Below are positions 30,023-39,930 of a stretch of DNA of 64,000 nt, in pieces. The stretch covers positions 704,001-768,000 of the forward strand of contig CAWCKY010000007.1 of the NCBI GenBank assembly GCA_963796275.1, in the 5' to 3' direction. The first letter of the stretch is position 1, and each line of letters begins with the position of its first letter. A model generated the notes under the pieces. It was not told the origin of the DNA. It saw nothing but the letters and a program-made list of their open reading frames with translations, and did no database searches. Origin of the DNA: an uncultured Acidobacteriota bacterium. Its GTDB lineage: Bacteria > Acidobacteriota > Blastocatellia > RBC074. Position numbers and translations under genes: made by a program.

Positions 30023-31429
30023 TTATAGTTTGATGTTGTAGACCTTGATCTTACTGTTGAGCGTCGTGTTATTCATCCCTAGCAGCTTGGCTGCTTTGCT
30101 CTGGTGACCGCCGGTGATGTCGAGAGCGTGGCGGATCAGCTCGATTTCGAAGCGGGAGACCTCGTCATAGAAAGAAATACCCCGCGCGATATCGAGGGAA
30201 GCGATCGACTCGCCTGCGTTAGCGGATGAACCACCCCGCGCTTGCGGATTGACGATCTCCTCGCGTAGGCATTCGCGTTTAATTTCATCTCCCCGTGCGA
30301 CGATCACCGCTCTTTCTATCGCCGTTTCGAGTTCGCGCACGTTGCCCGGCCAGGGATATGTTTCGAGCGAAGATAAAACATCCGGGGAGAATTGGTCGGA
30401 AATCGACCGGCCGTTCTCCTGGTTATATTTCCTGATGAAGTATTGCGCCAACGGCAGAATGTCTTCGCGCCGGTTGCGTAGGGGCGGAAGGTGTATGTTT
30501 ATGACGTTGAGCCGGTAGAAGAGGTCTTCGCGGAAATCGCCTGATTTGACGGCCCTCTGCAGGTCGGTGTTGGTAGCCGCGATGATGCGCACATCGACGC
30601 GGCGCGGTTGAGTATCGCCCAGCGGCGTGAATTCGCGTTCCTGAATGACGCGCAGCAACCTGGCCTGTGTCTCCGGCGGTATGGTGGTTATTTCATCGAG
30701 GAAAATAGACCCGCCGTCGGCTACCTCGAATAAGCCTTTCTTCGCGGCTATCGCTCCCGTAAATGCACCTTTGGTATGGCCGAAGAGCTCAGATTCAAGC
30801 AGTTCTGATGGTATGTTGCTGCAGTTTACCGCAACAAATTGTCCGGATTCGGCTCGCGGGCTGGAGAAATGGATGGCGCGGGCGACCACCTCCTTACCCG
30901 TGCCGGATTCGCCGGTGACCAGAACGGTCGAGCGCGCAGGCGCAACTTGTTCGATCAAATCGTAGACCTCTCTCATCGCCGGAGAATTTCCGACGATCCG
31001 GCTGCGGTCGCCGGTCGCACGCAAGGTGCGCCGTAAAACGCGCCGTTCCTCATCACCCCGGCGCCGTGCAATTCCCGCCGCGACGGTCTTCAGTATCTGT
31101 TCATTCTCGAACGGCTTGCGAATGCAATTGAACGCGCCGAGCTGCCAGGCGGCGATGGCAGTGTCGAAAGTCGCGTAGGCCGTGATCATGATCACTTCGG
31201 CTTCGCGGTCGATTTTCAGTATCTCCTCGAGCGTACGCAGCCCCCCTATTCCGGGCATAGAGACATCGAGAAGAATCGCGTCATAGGTTCGATCGTTTAA
31301 ACGCGCCAGACCTTCTTCTCCGGTCTTGGCCAGATCGACGCGATACCCATCCTGCGAGAGTATGCTCTCCAAGACATCGCGCATGATCTCTTCATCGTCG
31401 ACTACCAGTAATGTGCCTTTTTTTGCCAT
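30023..31429 (-). CDS. Sigma-54-dependent response regulator (NtrC/AtoC family)
   Basis: Receiver VVDDE/LLD, GESGTGKE, GAFTGA, WPGNVREL, Fis-type HTH. Confidence 0.95.
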   Translation of the reverse strand: MAKKGTLLVVDDEEIMRDVLESILSQDGYRVDLAKTGEEGLARLNDRTYDAILLDVSMPGIGGLRTLEEILKIDREAEVIMITAYATFDTAIAAWQLGAFNCIRKPFENEQILKTVAAGIARRRGDEERRVLRRTLRATGDRSRIVGNSPAMREVYDLIEQVAPARSTVLVTGESGTGKEVVARAIHFSSPRAESGQFVAVNCSNIPSELLESELFGHTKGAFTGAIAAKKGLFEVADGGSIFLDEITTIPPETQARLLRVIQEREFTPLGDTQPRRVDVRIIAATNTDLQRAVKSGDFREDLFYRLNVINIHLPPLRNRREDILPLAQYFIRKYNQENGRSISDQFSPDVLSSLETYPWPGNVRELETAIERAVIVARGDEIKRECLREEIVNPQARGGSSANAGESIASLDIARGISFYDEVSRFEIELIRHALDITGGHQSKAAKLLGMNNTTLNSKIKVYNIKL

Positions 31430-31470
31430 GGCATAAAAGTAACATAAGATATGATAATGGTATACGAATT

Positions 31471-32685
31471 ATGACTTTAAAACTCTATTGGAACGACTCG
31501 CACATCAAACGCTTCAACGCCCGCGTTGAGGATATCCGGCTGGAAGACGGCGATAGCTTGGTGATGCTCGATCGGACAGCCTTTTACCCGACCGGCGGCG
31601 GTCAACCTTGCGATACGGGATTGATCAGATCGGTCCCCGTCGTCGATGTTCAAATTGATGACGGCGATCGGATATCGCACCGGTTGAAAGGAAATATCGC
31701 GCTTGCGATTGGAGAGGAAGTCGAATGCGAGGTCGACTGGTTTCGCCGCCGCGCAATGATGCAGCAGCATACGGGACAACACATCCTCTCACAGGCGTTC
31801 TTTCAACTATTCGGCGCGGAGACGCGCGGCTTCCGTATTACCGACAGCCTAGCTGAGATCGACCTGACGCTCGAGGCCCAGCCCGATGAGATCGAAACGG
31901 CGATCATCCGCGCGGAAGATCTGGCAAATGAGATTGTTTTCGAAAATAGGGAGATACGCATCCACGAGGTTACCCCGAATGAAGCTGCCCAGCTGCCGCT
32001 GCGCAAAGAGAGCTTCGTCACCGGCTGTATCCGTGTGATCGAGATCGTAGATTATGACTGGTCACCCTGTGGCGGGACACACGCTAAAGGAACGGGCGAA
32101 GTCGGTTTGATTGTGGTGCGCGGATGGGAGCGCGCGAAGAAGATGACCCGCGTACGGTTTCTTTGCGGGGCGAGGGCGCTCAGCGATTACCGTCTGGCGA
32201 ATCGGACCGCAGAGGCGATAGCGCAAAAATTGAGCGTTGGGCGGGATGAGGCTACCGTTTCTGTAGAACGTCTGCTTGACGAGCGGAAACAGTTTTCTCG
32301 CCGCATACGTGAACTGGGTGAACTGTCGGCGAAAGCCGAAGCTCAGGAATTGACCGAAACGGCGGAATCGATCAACACTCATCGAGTCGTCTCGCGAATA
32401 TTTGATGACCGGGATTTCGAGGAGATCAAGCTTATTGCGCACCGCCTCGTGGAGCAGAGCGGCGTCATCGCTCTGCTGGCTATACGTGAAGTAGAAATGG
32501 CGCGTCTGGTATTCGCCCGATCGGTCGATGTCTCCGCCGATATGAATTCGCTTATTAAGGTTGCTTGCGAAAAACTCGGAGGCCGCGGCGGTGGCAAACC
32601 CGAATTCGCTCAGGGCGGCGGTCCGAAAGTTAGTGATTTGGAGAAGATTATCGGAATGATAAAGGAGGTGATAATTGATAATTGA
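31471..32685 (+). CDS. Alanyl-tRNA editing protein with DHHA1 domain (AlaX-like)
   Basis: FYPTGGGQP, HTGQH, CGGTH, GGRGGG..FAQGG. Confidence 0.92.
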   Translation: MTLKLYWNDSHIKRFNARVEDIRLEDGDSLVMLDRTAFYPTGGGQPCDTGLIRSVPVVDVQIDDGDRISHRLKGNIALAIGEEVECEVDWFRRRAMMQQHTGQHILSQAFFQLFGAETRGFRITDSLAEIDLTLEAQPDEIETAIIRAEDLANEIVFENREIRIHEVTPNEAAQLPLRKESFVTGCIRVIEIVDYDWSPCGGTHAKGTGEVGLIVVRGWERAKKMTRVRFLCGARALSDYRLANRTAEAIAQKLSVGRDEATVSVERLLDERKQFSRRIRELGELSAKAEAQELTETAESINTHRVVSRIFDDRDFEEIKLIAHRLVEQSGVIALLAIREVEMARLVFARSVDVSADMNSLIKVACEKLGGRGGGKPEFAQGGGPKVSDLEKIIGMIKEVIIDN

Positions 32686-32737
32686 TAGTTAATCCGAATC
32701 AACTATCAACTATCAAATCAATTATCAATTATCAATT
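32672..32737. repeat. Heptamer (TTGATAA/CTATCAA) hairpin overlapping the alaX and coxG stop codons
   Basis: TAATTGATAATTGATAG ... CAACTATCAACTATCAAATCAATTATCAATTATCAATTA. Confidence 0.7.
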
Positions 32738-33257
32738 ACTTCTTGATCTGTCTGATTGTGTTTCGGATGAATCCCTGCTTGGGAGGGACGAACGGTTCGC
32801 CGCCATCCTCGGCCTTCGTTTTGGCCTTGGACTCAGCATCGATCGCGGTGAAGAATTGTCCGATCATCAATCTAGCGGTGGACTGGATCATCCGCTGGCC
32901 GACGCTGGCGAGAGTGCCACCGACGCTTACATCTCCCAGATAGTCGACTGTGGTCTCCTCTCCGATTTCGGTCAGATCGAGCGTGCCTTCGCCCCTGAGG
33001 AAACCGGAAGAGCCTTTTCCGTCCACAATCATCTTGTAATGCTCGGGCTCGCGTAATTCTTCGAGTTTAATAGTTCCATTGAAAAGTCCCTTAATCGAGC
33101 CGACGCCAGCCTTCAATGTAATCTTGTACGATCCATCCTCAGCTGCCTCGAGCGTCTGGCAGCCCGGCACGCAGCGTTGTAGTACCTCCGGGCTGGTCAT
33201 CAACTCCCATACTATTTGTCGTGTCCCCGCGATTTTATATGTCCCTTCTACTTTCAC
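32736..33257 (-). CDS. coxG: CoxG (SRPBCC) accessory protein
   Basis: LQRCVPGC, VGGTLASVGQRMI. Confidence 0.9.
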   Translation of the reverse strand: MKVEGTYKIAGTRQIVWELMTSPEVLQRCVPGCQTLEAAEDGSYKITLKAGVGSIKGLFNGTIKLEELREPEHYKMIVDGKGSSGFLRGEGTLDLTEIGEETTVDYLGDVSVGGTLASVGQRMIQSTARLMIGQFFTAIDAESKAKTKAEDGGEPFVPPKQGFIRNTIRQIKK

Positions 33258-33270
33258 AATAATCCTCAGA

Positions 33271-34482
33271 TCAATCAGGTTGCAGACGCACGTAGCTCAG
33301 TATGCGCGCGAGTTGCGCGTGGCGGGGATATATCACTCGCTTATCCCACAAATTTAATTCGGCGGCCAATGCTCTTAATAGCTCAGCCCCCGCAATAAGT
33401 GTCTTGGGAGTAAATGTCTGCCTCAATGCTTCACGGCTCTTTCTTACCTCATCTCGCAACTTCTCATCGCGGATATTGGAAAGATCCTGGTTGAACAAAG
33501 ACTCAGGATCCGTCACTGCGCGATCATGAAAAGCATTGATATCGTCCAATGTGATCGGTATGTATGTCCGCTGGTCATTGCCGTGCATCAGTACCATCAT
33601 TGCTGAGACGATGCCGCCTGTTAGGTAGAGCTGTTTTCGGGTCAATATTCCGGGTTTTCTTATTACTTCGGTTCTGATTTGAGCTTTGAACATTCCGCTC
33701 ATCGATGCCGCTTGTTTGGCGTATGTTTTGTAGTCGGCGTTTTCCCCGGCTACTTTATTGACCTCCTCGGCGAATGTAACAACTCCTTTCGATATATCCC
33801 AGGTAGAGAAATCATAGCTGGGCCTGCCCGAATCACTTTGTTTCAACTGCTGGTACCCGCCCTTTGTTGTGGTAATACCCAAGTCGATCAGTGATGAAAT
33901 GCCTCGGTTGTCGTACCATTTTGTGTTGAGCTTATAGCGGCGAGGTATAACCCCTGCTATGCCCAATTGAATCTCCGCTTCGGCATTGAGGAAATTTATC
34001 GTCTTTCCGGTTCTCCCGTGAACCTCATTTTTCAGATCGTCCGGGTTTTGTGTAATGAGATCAGAGATGCCAATCACATAAACCTGATCCAATGGAATCT
34101 GGTGTACTCTATGCAAAGTCTCCACAAAGTTTTGAACGAGTTTAGCCACATCCTGAATGTATTCCAAGGTCAACTTCCCGTTATTCGGATAGGGTGTGGC
34201 AATAGTAGCTGTATTAGTGTAAAGGATCTTTATGTTGTATCCTTCTTCAGAATCTGAGATTCGCAATGCGAGCGCACGTACCACCCTTGGAGAAATTTCT
34301 ATACCTCCGTGTAGCGTTCTTGCCTCGTTTTTCTTTTTTTCTGCTGGCGATTGTCCAAAAGTTGTGTAATTGCAAACTACTAATAACAACAGTTGGATTA
34401 ACCCCAACAGTAGTAGCTTATCTACAAATGGGTAGATGCGTCTGACATTTGCGGCATGAATGGCAACAGCTTCATGTTCCAT
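33271..34482 (-). CDS. Exported Ppx/GppA-like (ASKHA fold) protein
   Basis: Hydrophobic N-terminus; GGIEIS, FLNAEAE, LIDLG...KGG, YLTGG; phosphate loops atypical. Confidence 0.6.
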   Translation of the reverse strand: MEHEAVAIHAANVRRIYPFVDKLLLLGLIQLLLLVVCNYTTFGQSPAEKKKNEARTLHGGIEISPRVVRALALRISDSEEGYNIKILYTNTATIATPYPNNGKLTLEYIQDVAKLVQNFVETLHRVHQIPLDQVYVIGISDLITQNPDDLKNEVHGRTGKTINFLNAEAEIQLGIAGVIPRRYKLNTKWYDNRGISSLIDLGITTTKGGYQQLKQSDSGRPSYDFSTWDISKGVVTFAEEVNKVAGENADYKTYAKQAASMSGMFKAQIRTEVIRKPGILTRKQLYLTGGIVSAMMVLMHGNDQRTYIPITLDDINAFHDRAVTDPESLFNQDLSNIRDEKLRDEVRKSREALRQTFTPKTLIAGAELLRALAAELNLWDKRVIYPRHAQLARILSYVRLQPD

Positions 34483-34488
34483 CGAATT

Positions 34489-35043
34489 TTATCCGCTTCC
34501 TTCGCGTAATTTTGACATCAACTTAAAGAGCACAAATATAAGAGCACACGAAACGAGTAAAGTTAAAAAAGCCAGGTTCTGGAGCGACATTAGTGTATTG
34601 GGTTGTTGTTGTGGAGGATCTTCTTGAGACAGATTAGCGACAGCTACTGCTGGGGTAGCAGTGGGAGAAGGTGATGGAGATGGCTCGACTGTTGCGCTTA
34701 AAACTATGGGAGGCTGTGTCGGTTGCGGCGTTTCTATGGCAGTCGGTTTAGCAGTGGCTTTGGATACACGTGTGGGACGGGCCGCCGGTCGTCTATTCCG
34801 CCTTTGCCCCTCCCGATTATCCGTCTGAGCCGGGAAGACATCTTCCGGCCCATAAGTAGTCAGTGATTTCTGTTTATCAGGAGGCAAGCTTTGTTGATTC
34901 CTGCCCTGAGGCCGATTAGCAGGCTGCTGAACCAGATTGAATCGCGGCGATGCAAAAAGACTGGTGACAGAGATTGACGTTTGGATTAATAACGCAGCGG
35001 ACAGTAAAATGTTGATTTTGGAGGTTCGGCGCATATTTTTCAC
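34489..35043 (-). CDS. Hypothetical protein: signal peptide, Pro/Thr-rich linker, C-terminal TM
   Basis: 184 aa; tightly coupled to both neighbours. Confidence 0.7.
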   Translation of the reverse strand: MKNMRRTSKINILLSAALLIQTSISVTSLFASPRFNLVQQPANRPQGRNQQSLPPDKQKSLTTYGPEDVFPAQTDNREGQRRNRRPAARPTRVSKATAKPTAIETPQPTQPPIVLSATVEPSPSPSPTATPAVAVANLSQEDPPQQQPNTLMSLQNLAFLTLLVSCALIFVLFKLMSKLREGSG

Positions 35044-35044
35044 T

Positions 35045-35911
35045 TCAATAGTAATGACGGATGATCATAATGATCAGTGCAACCAATGTCATAAATAAAA
35101 ATGTGGCGAATGCTGCATAGAGTGCGATTGTCAGTTTATCCTGACTTGCCAGCCTGCCCGCCTGCGGTTGGGCCTTCGGAGGACCGGCTCTGGGCTTCTC
35201 GTCGCCGCCTTTCCCTTTCCGATTGGTGGTCACATGATTGAGTTTTTCCACTTGCGGGACAATCAACTCAAGCGCGACCAATTCGATTTCCTGAGCTTTC
35301 CGTTCAGCCTGAACTCTTAACTTGATCTCTTTCTGAGCAGTCTCTTCAGCCAGACGTCTGCGTTCGTCTGCATCGCGCGCCTTGGCTTGAGCATCCGCCA
35401 AGGCGGCATCCAATTTTGCCGTGATCTTTTTTACACCGTAGACGACCGCATCGTCGATATGTATGCCACAGAATAAACAATCGAATCGGGCAGTCGCCAG
35501 GTTGATATTGATCGCCTGGCATAAATGAATCTTCGGCGTCGAACTCGGAAATTGATGGCATCCCGGACAAGCCGGTTGTGGCATGCCCCACGATAGGACG
35601 GTATGTTGCTTCCTCAGGGTCTGATCGTCAAAATCCAGCATCGTCACCGAGCAGTGATCACAACTGTAAAGCCTCGGGTTCAAAGAACTGAAACAGGAGG
35701 GACATTCCTTGAGCGAAACATTTCTACCGTTTTCCCACGCAATGAATGTTTGGCAGTTACAACAAAATACCCATATCCCGTTGCTGGGAAAGTCGTTGCT
35801 CAGTTCGTGCTCTTGCGGTCCCTCTTTGCAAACAACTATCCGGCTCGTGCGCGACATAGGGAAGTTGGCACGATGAGTGAGACAATGTATTTTGACTATA
35901 TCTGCAAGCAT
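35045..35911 (-). CDS. Cys-rich multi-CxxC protein with coiled coil and C-terminal TM anchor
   Basis: CCNC, CPSC, CDHC, CPGC, CLFC; EK-rich helix; terminal TM. Confidence 0.75.
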   Translation of the reverse strand: MLADIVKIHCLTHRANFPMSRTSRIVVCKEGPQEHELSNDFPSNGIWVFCCNCQTFIAWENGRNVSLKECPSCFSSLNPRLYSCDHCSVTMLDFDDQTLRKQHTVLSWGMPQPACPGCHQFPSSTPKIHLCQAININLATARFDCLFCGIHIDDAVVYGVKKITAKLDAALADAQAKARDADERRRLAEETAQKEIKLRVQAERKAQEIELVALELIVPQVEKLNHVTTNRKGKGGDEKPRAGPPKAQPQAGRLASQDKLTIALYAAFATFLFMTLVALIIMIIRHYY

Positions 35912-35927
35912 TAGGGGCAGACATTAA

Positions 35928-36170
35928 TTGATAATTAAAAGGTGAAAATTTGATAATTGATAATTCGTTTCGTCCCGTTGACACGCAGTCACCCACTATC
36001 AACTATCAGCTATCAGCTATCAGCTATCAGCTATCAGCTATCAGCTATCAGCTATCAGCTATCAACTATGAACTATCAACTATCGATTCTCGATTCTCAA
36101 TTATCAATTATCTATCAGCTATCAACTATTATTGACTATCAATTATCAACTATCAATTATCAACTATCAA
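35928..36170. repeat. Heptamer tandem array (CTATCAG/CTATCAA), about 24 units, plus counter-oriented TTGATAA units
   Basis: Eight perfect CTATCAG at 36003-36058, variants to 36170 abutting the coxM stop. Confidence 0.95.
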
Positions 36171-37034
36171 TTACATCCGTGTCGCCGCTGTTTGAACGGC
36201 CCGTTTGGCGTAAACGCGCGCCAGGTGTCTGCGATAATCGCCGGAAGCGTGTATATCTTCCATGGCATCGAAGGCATCAGCATCTGCTTTGGCCGTGGCG
36301 GCGCTGATTGTAGCTTCATCGAGCGTCTTTCCGCGCAATGCATCTTCGACCGCTTTCGCGCGGAAGGCCTTGGGTGCGAGTCCCGTTACACCTATGCTCA
36401 CATCCTCACATTTACCGTCTTTGAGTTTTAGTTGGGCGGCGATGCCGACGATCGCAAATCCGGAGGCGGATTGCGGAACCTTGAGGTATACGGCTGCCCT
36501 CGGTTGCTCTGGTTTGGGAATGCGAACCTCGGTCACTATCTCATCGGGGCCCACCGCGCTCGTCATAATATCGACGAAGAAATCGGACGCTTTGATAATC
36601 CGTTCACCCTTGCTGCTGCGCGCGACCATCTCTCCATTCAGGGCCAGGATAGCAGCAGGCCAATCTGCTGCCGGGTCCGCGTGCGTCAGGCTCCCGCCGA
36701 TGGTTCCGCGGTTGCGGACCTGTTGATCACCGATCTGAGCCGCCGTCTCGACTAGTAAAGGGCAGTTCTGCATCAACACCGCTGACCGGGCGATCTCCGC
36801 GTGCGTCGTGTTGGCTCCGATGCGGATTGTGTCCTTGTCGATCTTGATCTGCTTGAGCGCCTTGATCCGTCCGATATCCACGATTACGGCGGGAGATGCC
36901 AGACGGAGCTTCAGGACGGGAATGAGACTGTGACCGCCCGAGAGGATCTTGCAATCGTCCCCGTGTTTGTCGAGCAGCTTCAGGGCTTCATCTACGGATT
37001 TTGGTGCGAAGTATGCGAAATTATTTGGGATCAT
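36171..37034 (-). CDS. coxM: Xanthine dehydrogenase/CODH-family FAD subunit
   Basis: LSGGHSLIP, QVRNRGTIGGS, HADPAAD. Confidence 0.93.
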   Translation of the reverse strand: MIPNNFAYFAPKSVDEALKLLDKHGDDCKILSGGHSLIPVLKLRLASPAVIVDIGRIKALKQIKIDKDTIRIGANTTHAEIARSAVLMQNCPLLVETAAQIGDQQVRNRGTIGGSLTHADPAADWPAAILALNGEMVARSSKGERIIKASDFFVDIMTSAVGPDEIVTEVRIPKPEQPRAAVYLKVPQSASGFAIVGIAAQLKLKDGKCEDVSIGVTGLAPKAFRAKAVEDALRGKTLDEATISAATAKADADAFDAMEDIHASGDYRRHLARVYAKRAVQTAATRM

Positions 37035-37110
37035 TATGTTCCTCAGAAATATACATGATTTATCAGATTCGCCATAACCTTGAAAAACCCGGTAAATCCC
37101 ATCTGATATC

Positions 37111-39429
37111 TCAACGATTCATCATCCTCCAGACCTTCTCAGGCCGCAGCGGCAAATCGATATGCTGGACACCGAGGGGCGCGAGCGCATCGATAACTGC
37201 GTTCGCGATGCAGGGCGTCGAACCTATCGTGCCAGCTTCTCCCACGCCTTTTGCACCGAGCGGGTTGACGTCCGTCGGCGTCTCCGTATGGTCGCACTCG
37301 TAATGCGGCAGTTGATGAGCCTTCGGTACAGCGTAATCCATCAGCTCGCCCGTCAACAACTGGCCGTTTTCGTCATAAATGACCTCCTCGTAGAGCGCCT
37401 GCGCCAGGCCTTGCGCGATGCCGCCGTGCACCTGTCCGGCGACGAGCAGAGGATTGATCTGTTTGCCGCAATCGTCTACCGCCACATAACGAAGAATCTT
37501 GAGTTCACCCGTCTCCTTGTCCACTTCGACGACGGAAATGTGCGTCCCGAATGGAAAAGTGAAGTTTTTCGGTTCGAAGAAATGGGTGGCGACCAGACCT
37601 GGCTCGAAATCGGGCGGGATATTCTGAGCAGTGTGCGCCGCCAGGGCAACTTCCTGAATCGACACCGATTTGTCGGTCGGGCTGCCAACGAACCTGCCGT
37701 TTTCAAAGGTAATCCCCTCCTCATCTGCTCCGATCATATGAGCCGCCAGTTTTCTGGCCTTCGCGACGACCTTATCGGTCGCCATCGCGATGGCTGTGCC
37801 GCCGATCGCCATTCCCCGACTGCCGAATGTGCCGATACCGTATTGCACGATCGCCGTATCGCCATGAATGACCAGAACATCGTTTAGATCGACGCCCAGC
37901 ATATCAGCGACGATCTGCGCGAACGACGTCTCCTCGCCCTGGCCGTGCGGAGAGATGCCGGTCATTACCGTAACCTTGCCGGTCGGTTCGACTCTCACGG
38001 TTGCGCTCTCCCACCCGCCGGCCGGCGTCGCGGCTGATGGGCCGATCGCGCAAATTTCGACATATGTCGACACGCCAACGCCGAAGAGGCGGCCCTGCGC
38101 GCGCGCGCGCTCCTGTTCTTCGCGCAACTTCCTGTAATCGACTATATCGAGCGCCTTATTGAGAGCTTTTTCATAATCGCCGGTGTCGTAGGTGAGGCCG
38201 GTAGCCGTGGCGAACGGAAATTCGCTCGGCTTCGGAAAATTCTTTCGGCGCAGTTCTACCGGATCTATTTTCAATTCCTGCGCCACGCGATCCATTATCC
38301 TTTCTATCAGATAGGTCGCCTCCGGGCGACCGGCACCGCGATATGCGTCGGTCGACATTTTGTTGGTAAAAACGCCGGTACAGTTCATGGCGATCGCCGG
38401 AATCTTGTACGGGCCCGAGAGCATCAACCCCGTGAGCGTGGGGATCGCAGGTGTAAGCAACTGATGATAAGCGCCGATATCCGAAGTCACATTGTATCGC
38501 AGGCCGAGAAGAGTCCCGTCATTCTTCACCGCGACCTCGACGGTGCCGGCCTGAGAACGGCCGTGAATCGTGGACGCCATGTTCTCGCGCCGCGATTCGA
38601 TCCATTTCACCGGCTTCTTGAGCTGCATCGAGATCCAGCTCACCAGCGCCTCTTCGATGTAAACATTGAGTTTGCTGCCGAAACCGCCGCCGACTTCTGG
38701 GGTAATCACTCGCAGTTTATTCTCGGGGATGCCGAGCATGATGGCCACCTGTGTTCGCATGAGGTGGGGAATCTGTGTGGATGACCACATATTCAGTTGC
38801 TGTTCGCCCGGGAAATACTGCGCCAGCACGCCGCGCGTCTCGAGCGCGATGGGAGCCAGGCGCGGATGAGCAAGCCGCTGCGTGACGATCTTATCAGCTT
38901 GCTTGAAGGCAGCCTCGACGTCTCCCGTCCCGGCGCTGTGAACGAAAGCTATATTGGTTCCGAACTCCTCGTGAATGACGGGGCAGTCCGGCTTCGCCGA
39001 TTTTTCCGGGTCCGTCACGACATCGAGTGGATCGTAATCGATTTCGATCATATCGATCGCATCACGAGCCTGGTACTTGTTGTTTGCTACTACGGCAGCC
39101 ACCGCATGGCCGACAAAGATGACCTTGTTCTGCGCGAGCACCGAAAATTTCGGGACTTTCAACTCCGGCAGGGCAGCGGCGCACGGCAGATACCCCACCT
39201 TGCCGTCAATGTCCTCGCCAGTGTAGACGGCCACGACGCCCGGCGCATTTTTCGCTGCCGTGACATCAATTGAATTGATCTTGGCGTGAGCGTACGGGCT
39301 GCGCAATAGCGCGACGTGAAGCGTGCCGGCGAGTTCGATGTCATCGACGTAATGTGCGAGCCCCTGGATCAGGCGCGGGTCTTCCGTGCGTTTTACTTTC
39401 TGACCGATATATTTAGCCAGAAATGACAT
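37111..39429 (-). CDS. coxL: Molybdopterin subunit, form II CoxL-like
   Basis: VGGGFGSK, AYRGAGRPE, HGQGEET, QVHGG, KGVGE. Confidence 0.92.
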   Translation of the reverse strand: MSFLAKYIGQKVKRTEDPRLIQGLAHYVDDIELAGTLHVALLRSPYAHAKINSIDVTAAKNAPGVVAVYTGEDIDGKVGYLPCAAALPELKVPKFSVLAQNKVIFVGHAVAAVVANNKYQARDAIDMIEIDYDPLDVVTDPEKSAKPDCPVIHEEFGTNIAFVHSAGTGDVEAAFKQADKIVTQRLAHPRLAPIALETRGVLAQYFPGEQQLNMWSSTQIPHLMRTQVAIMLGIPENKLRVITPEVGGGFGSKLNVYIEEALVSWISMQLKKPVKWIESRRENMASTIHGRSQAGTVEVAVKNDGTLLGLRYNVTSDIGAYHQLLTPAIPTLTGLMLSGPYKIPAIAMNCTGVFTNKMSTDAYRGAGRPEATYLIERIMDRVAQELKIDPVELRRKNFPKPSEFPFATATGLTYDTGDYEKALNKALDIVDYRKLREEQERARAQGRLFGVGVSTYVEICAIGPSAATPAGGWESATVRVEPTGKVTVMTGISPHGQGEETSFAQIVADMLGVDLNDVLVIHGDTAIVQYGIGTFGSRGMAIGGTAIAMATDKVVAKARKLAAHMIGADEEGITFENGRFVGSPTDKSVSIQEVALAAHTAQNIPPDFEPGLVATHFFEPKNFTFPFGTHISVVEVDKETGELKILRYVAVDDCGKQINPLLVAGQVHGGIAQGLAQALYEEVIYDENGQLLTGELMDYAVPKAHQLPHYECDHTETPTDVNPLGAKGVGEAGTIGSTPCIANAVIDALAPLGVQHIDLPLRPEKVWRMMNR

Positions 39430-39447
39430 ATCTCATCCTCCTTTTCC

Positions 39448-39930
39448 CTAGTCAGCCTTGGCGGCTTGCGTTTTTAGTTTGGTCGCTGCGTATTGCACAG
39501 CTTCAACGATGTTTTGGTAACCTGTGCACCGGCAGATGTTGCCTTCCAAGCCGTGCCGTATCTCATCTTCGGTCGGGTCCGCATTTTCCTGAAGGAGACC
39601 ACAAGACGCCATAATCATTCCCGTCGTACAGAATCCGCATTGCAGACCGTGGCATTCCCAGAATCCTTCCTGCACAGGATGGAGCGTGCCATCCTTCGCC
39701 AGACCTTCTATTGTCGTGATCGCCGCTCCATTTGCCTGAACTGCGAGAAGCGTGCATGACTTAACGGTGTTGCCGTCGAGCAGCACCGTGCAGGCGCCGC
39801 AGATCGATGTTTCGCAGCCGATGTGTGTGCCAGTCAATCCGACAAGGTCGCGTATGAAATGTACCAGCAGCAGTCGCGGCTCGACATCGGCGTCATGTTT
39901 CCTGCCGTTGATGGAAATAGATATCTTCAT
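39448..39930 (-). CDS. coxS: 2Fe-2S subunit
   Basis: [25 protein letters not shown]; ATG 39930. Confidence 0.94.
   Translation of the reverse strand: MKISISINGRKHDADVEPRLLLVHFIRDLVGLTGTHIGCETSICGACTVLLDGNTVKSCTLLAVQANGAAITTIEGLAKDGTLHPVQEGFWECHGLQCGFCTTGMIMASCGLLQENADPTEDEIRHGLEGNICRCTGYQNIVEAVQYAATKLKTQAAKAD

Noticed and set aside
32672-36170. Heptamer arrays as attachment sites of an island
   Set aside because: The bracketed segment includes native coxG, there is no integrase, and similar heptamer hairpins are common in the window.
35950-36431. ORFs with YQLSAIS repeats
   Set aside because: Translation artefacts of the heptamer array; the same applies to ORF 32682-33056.
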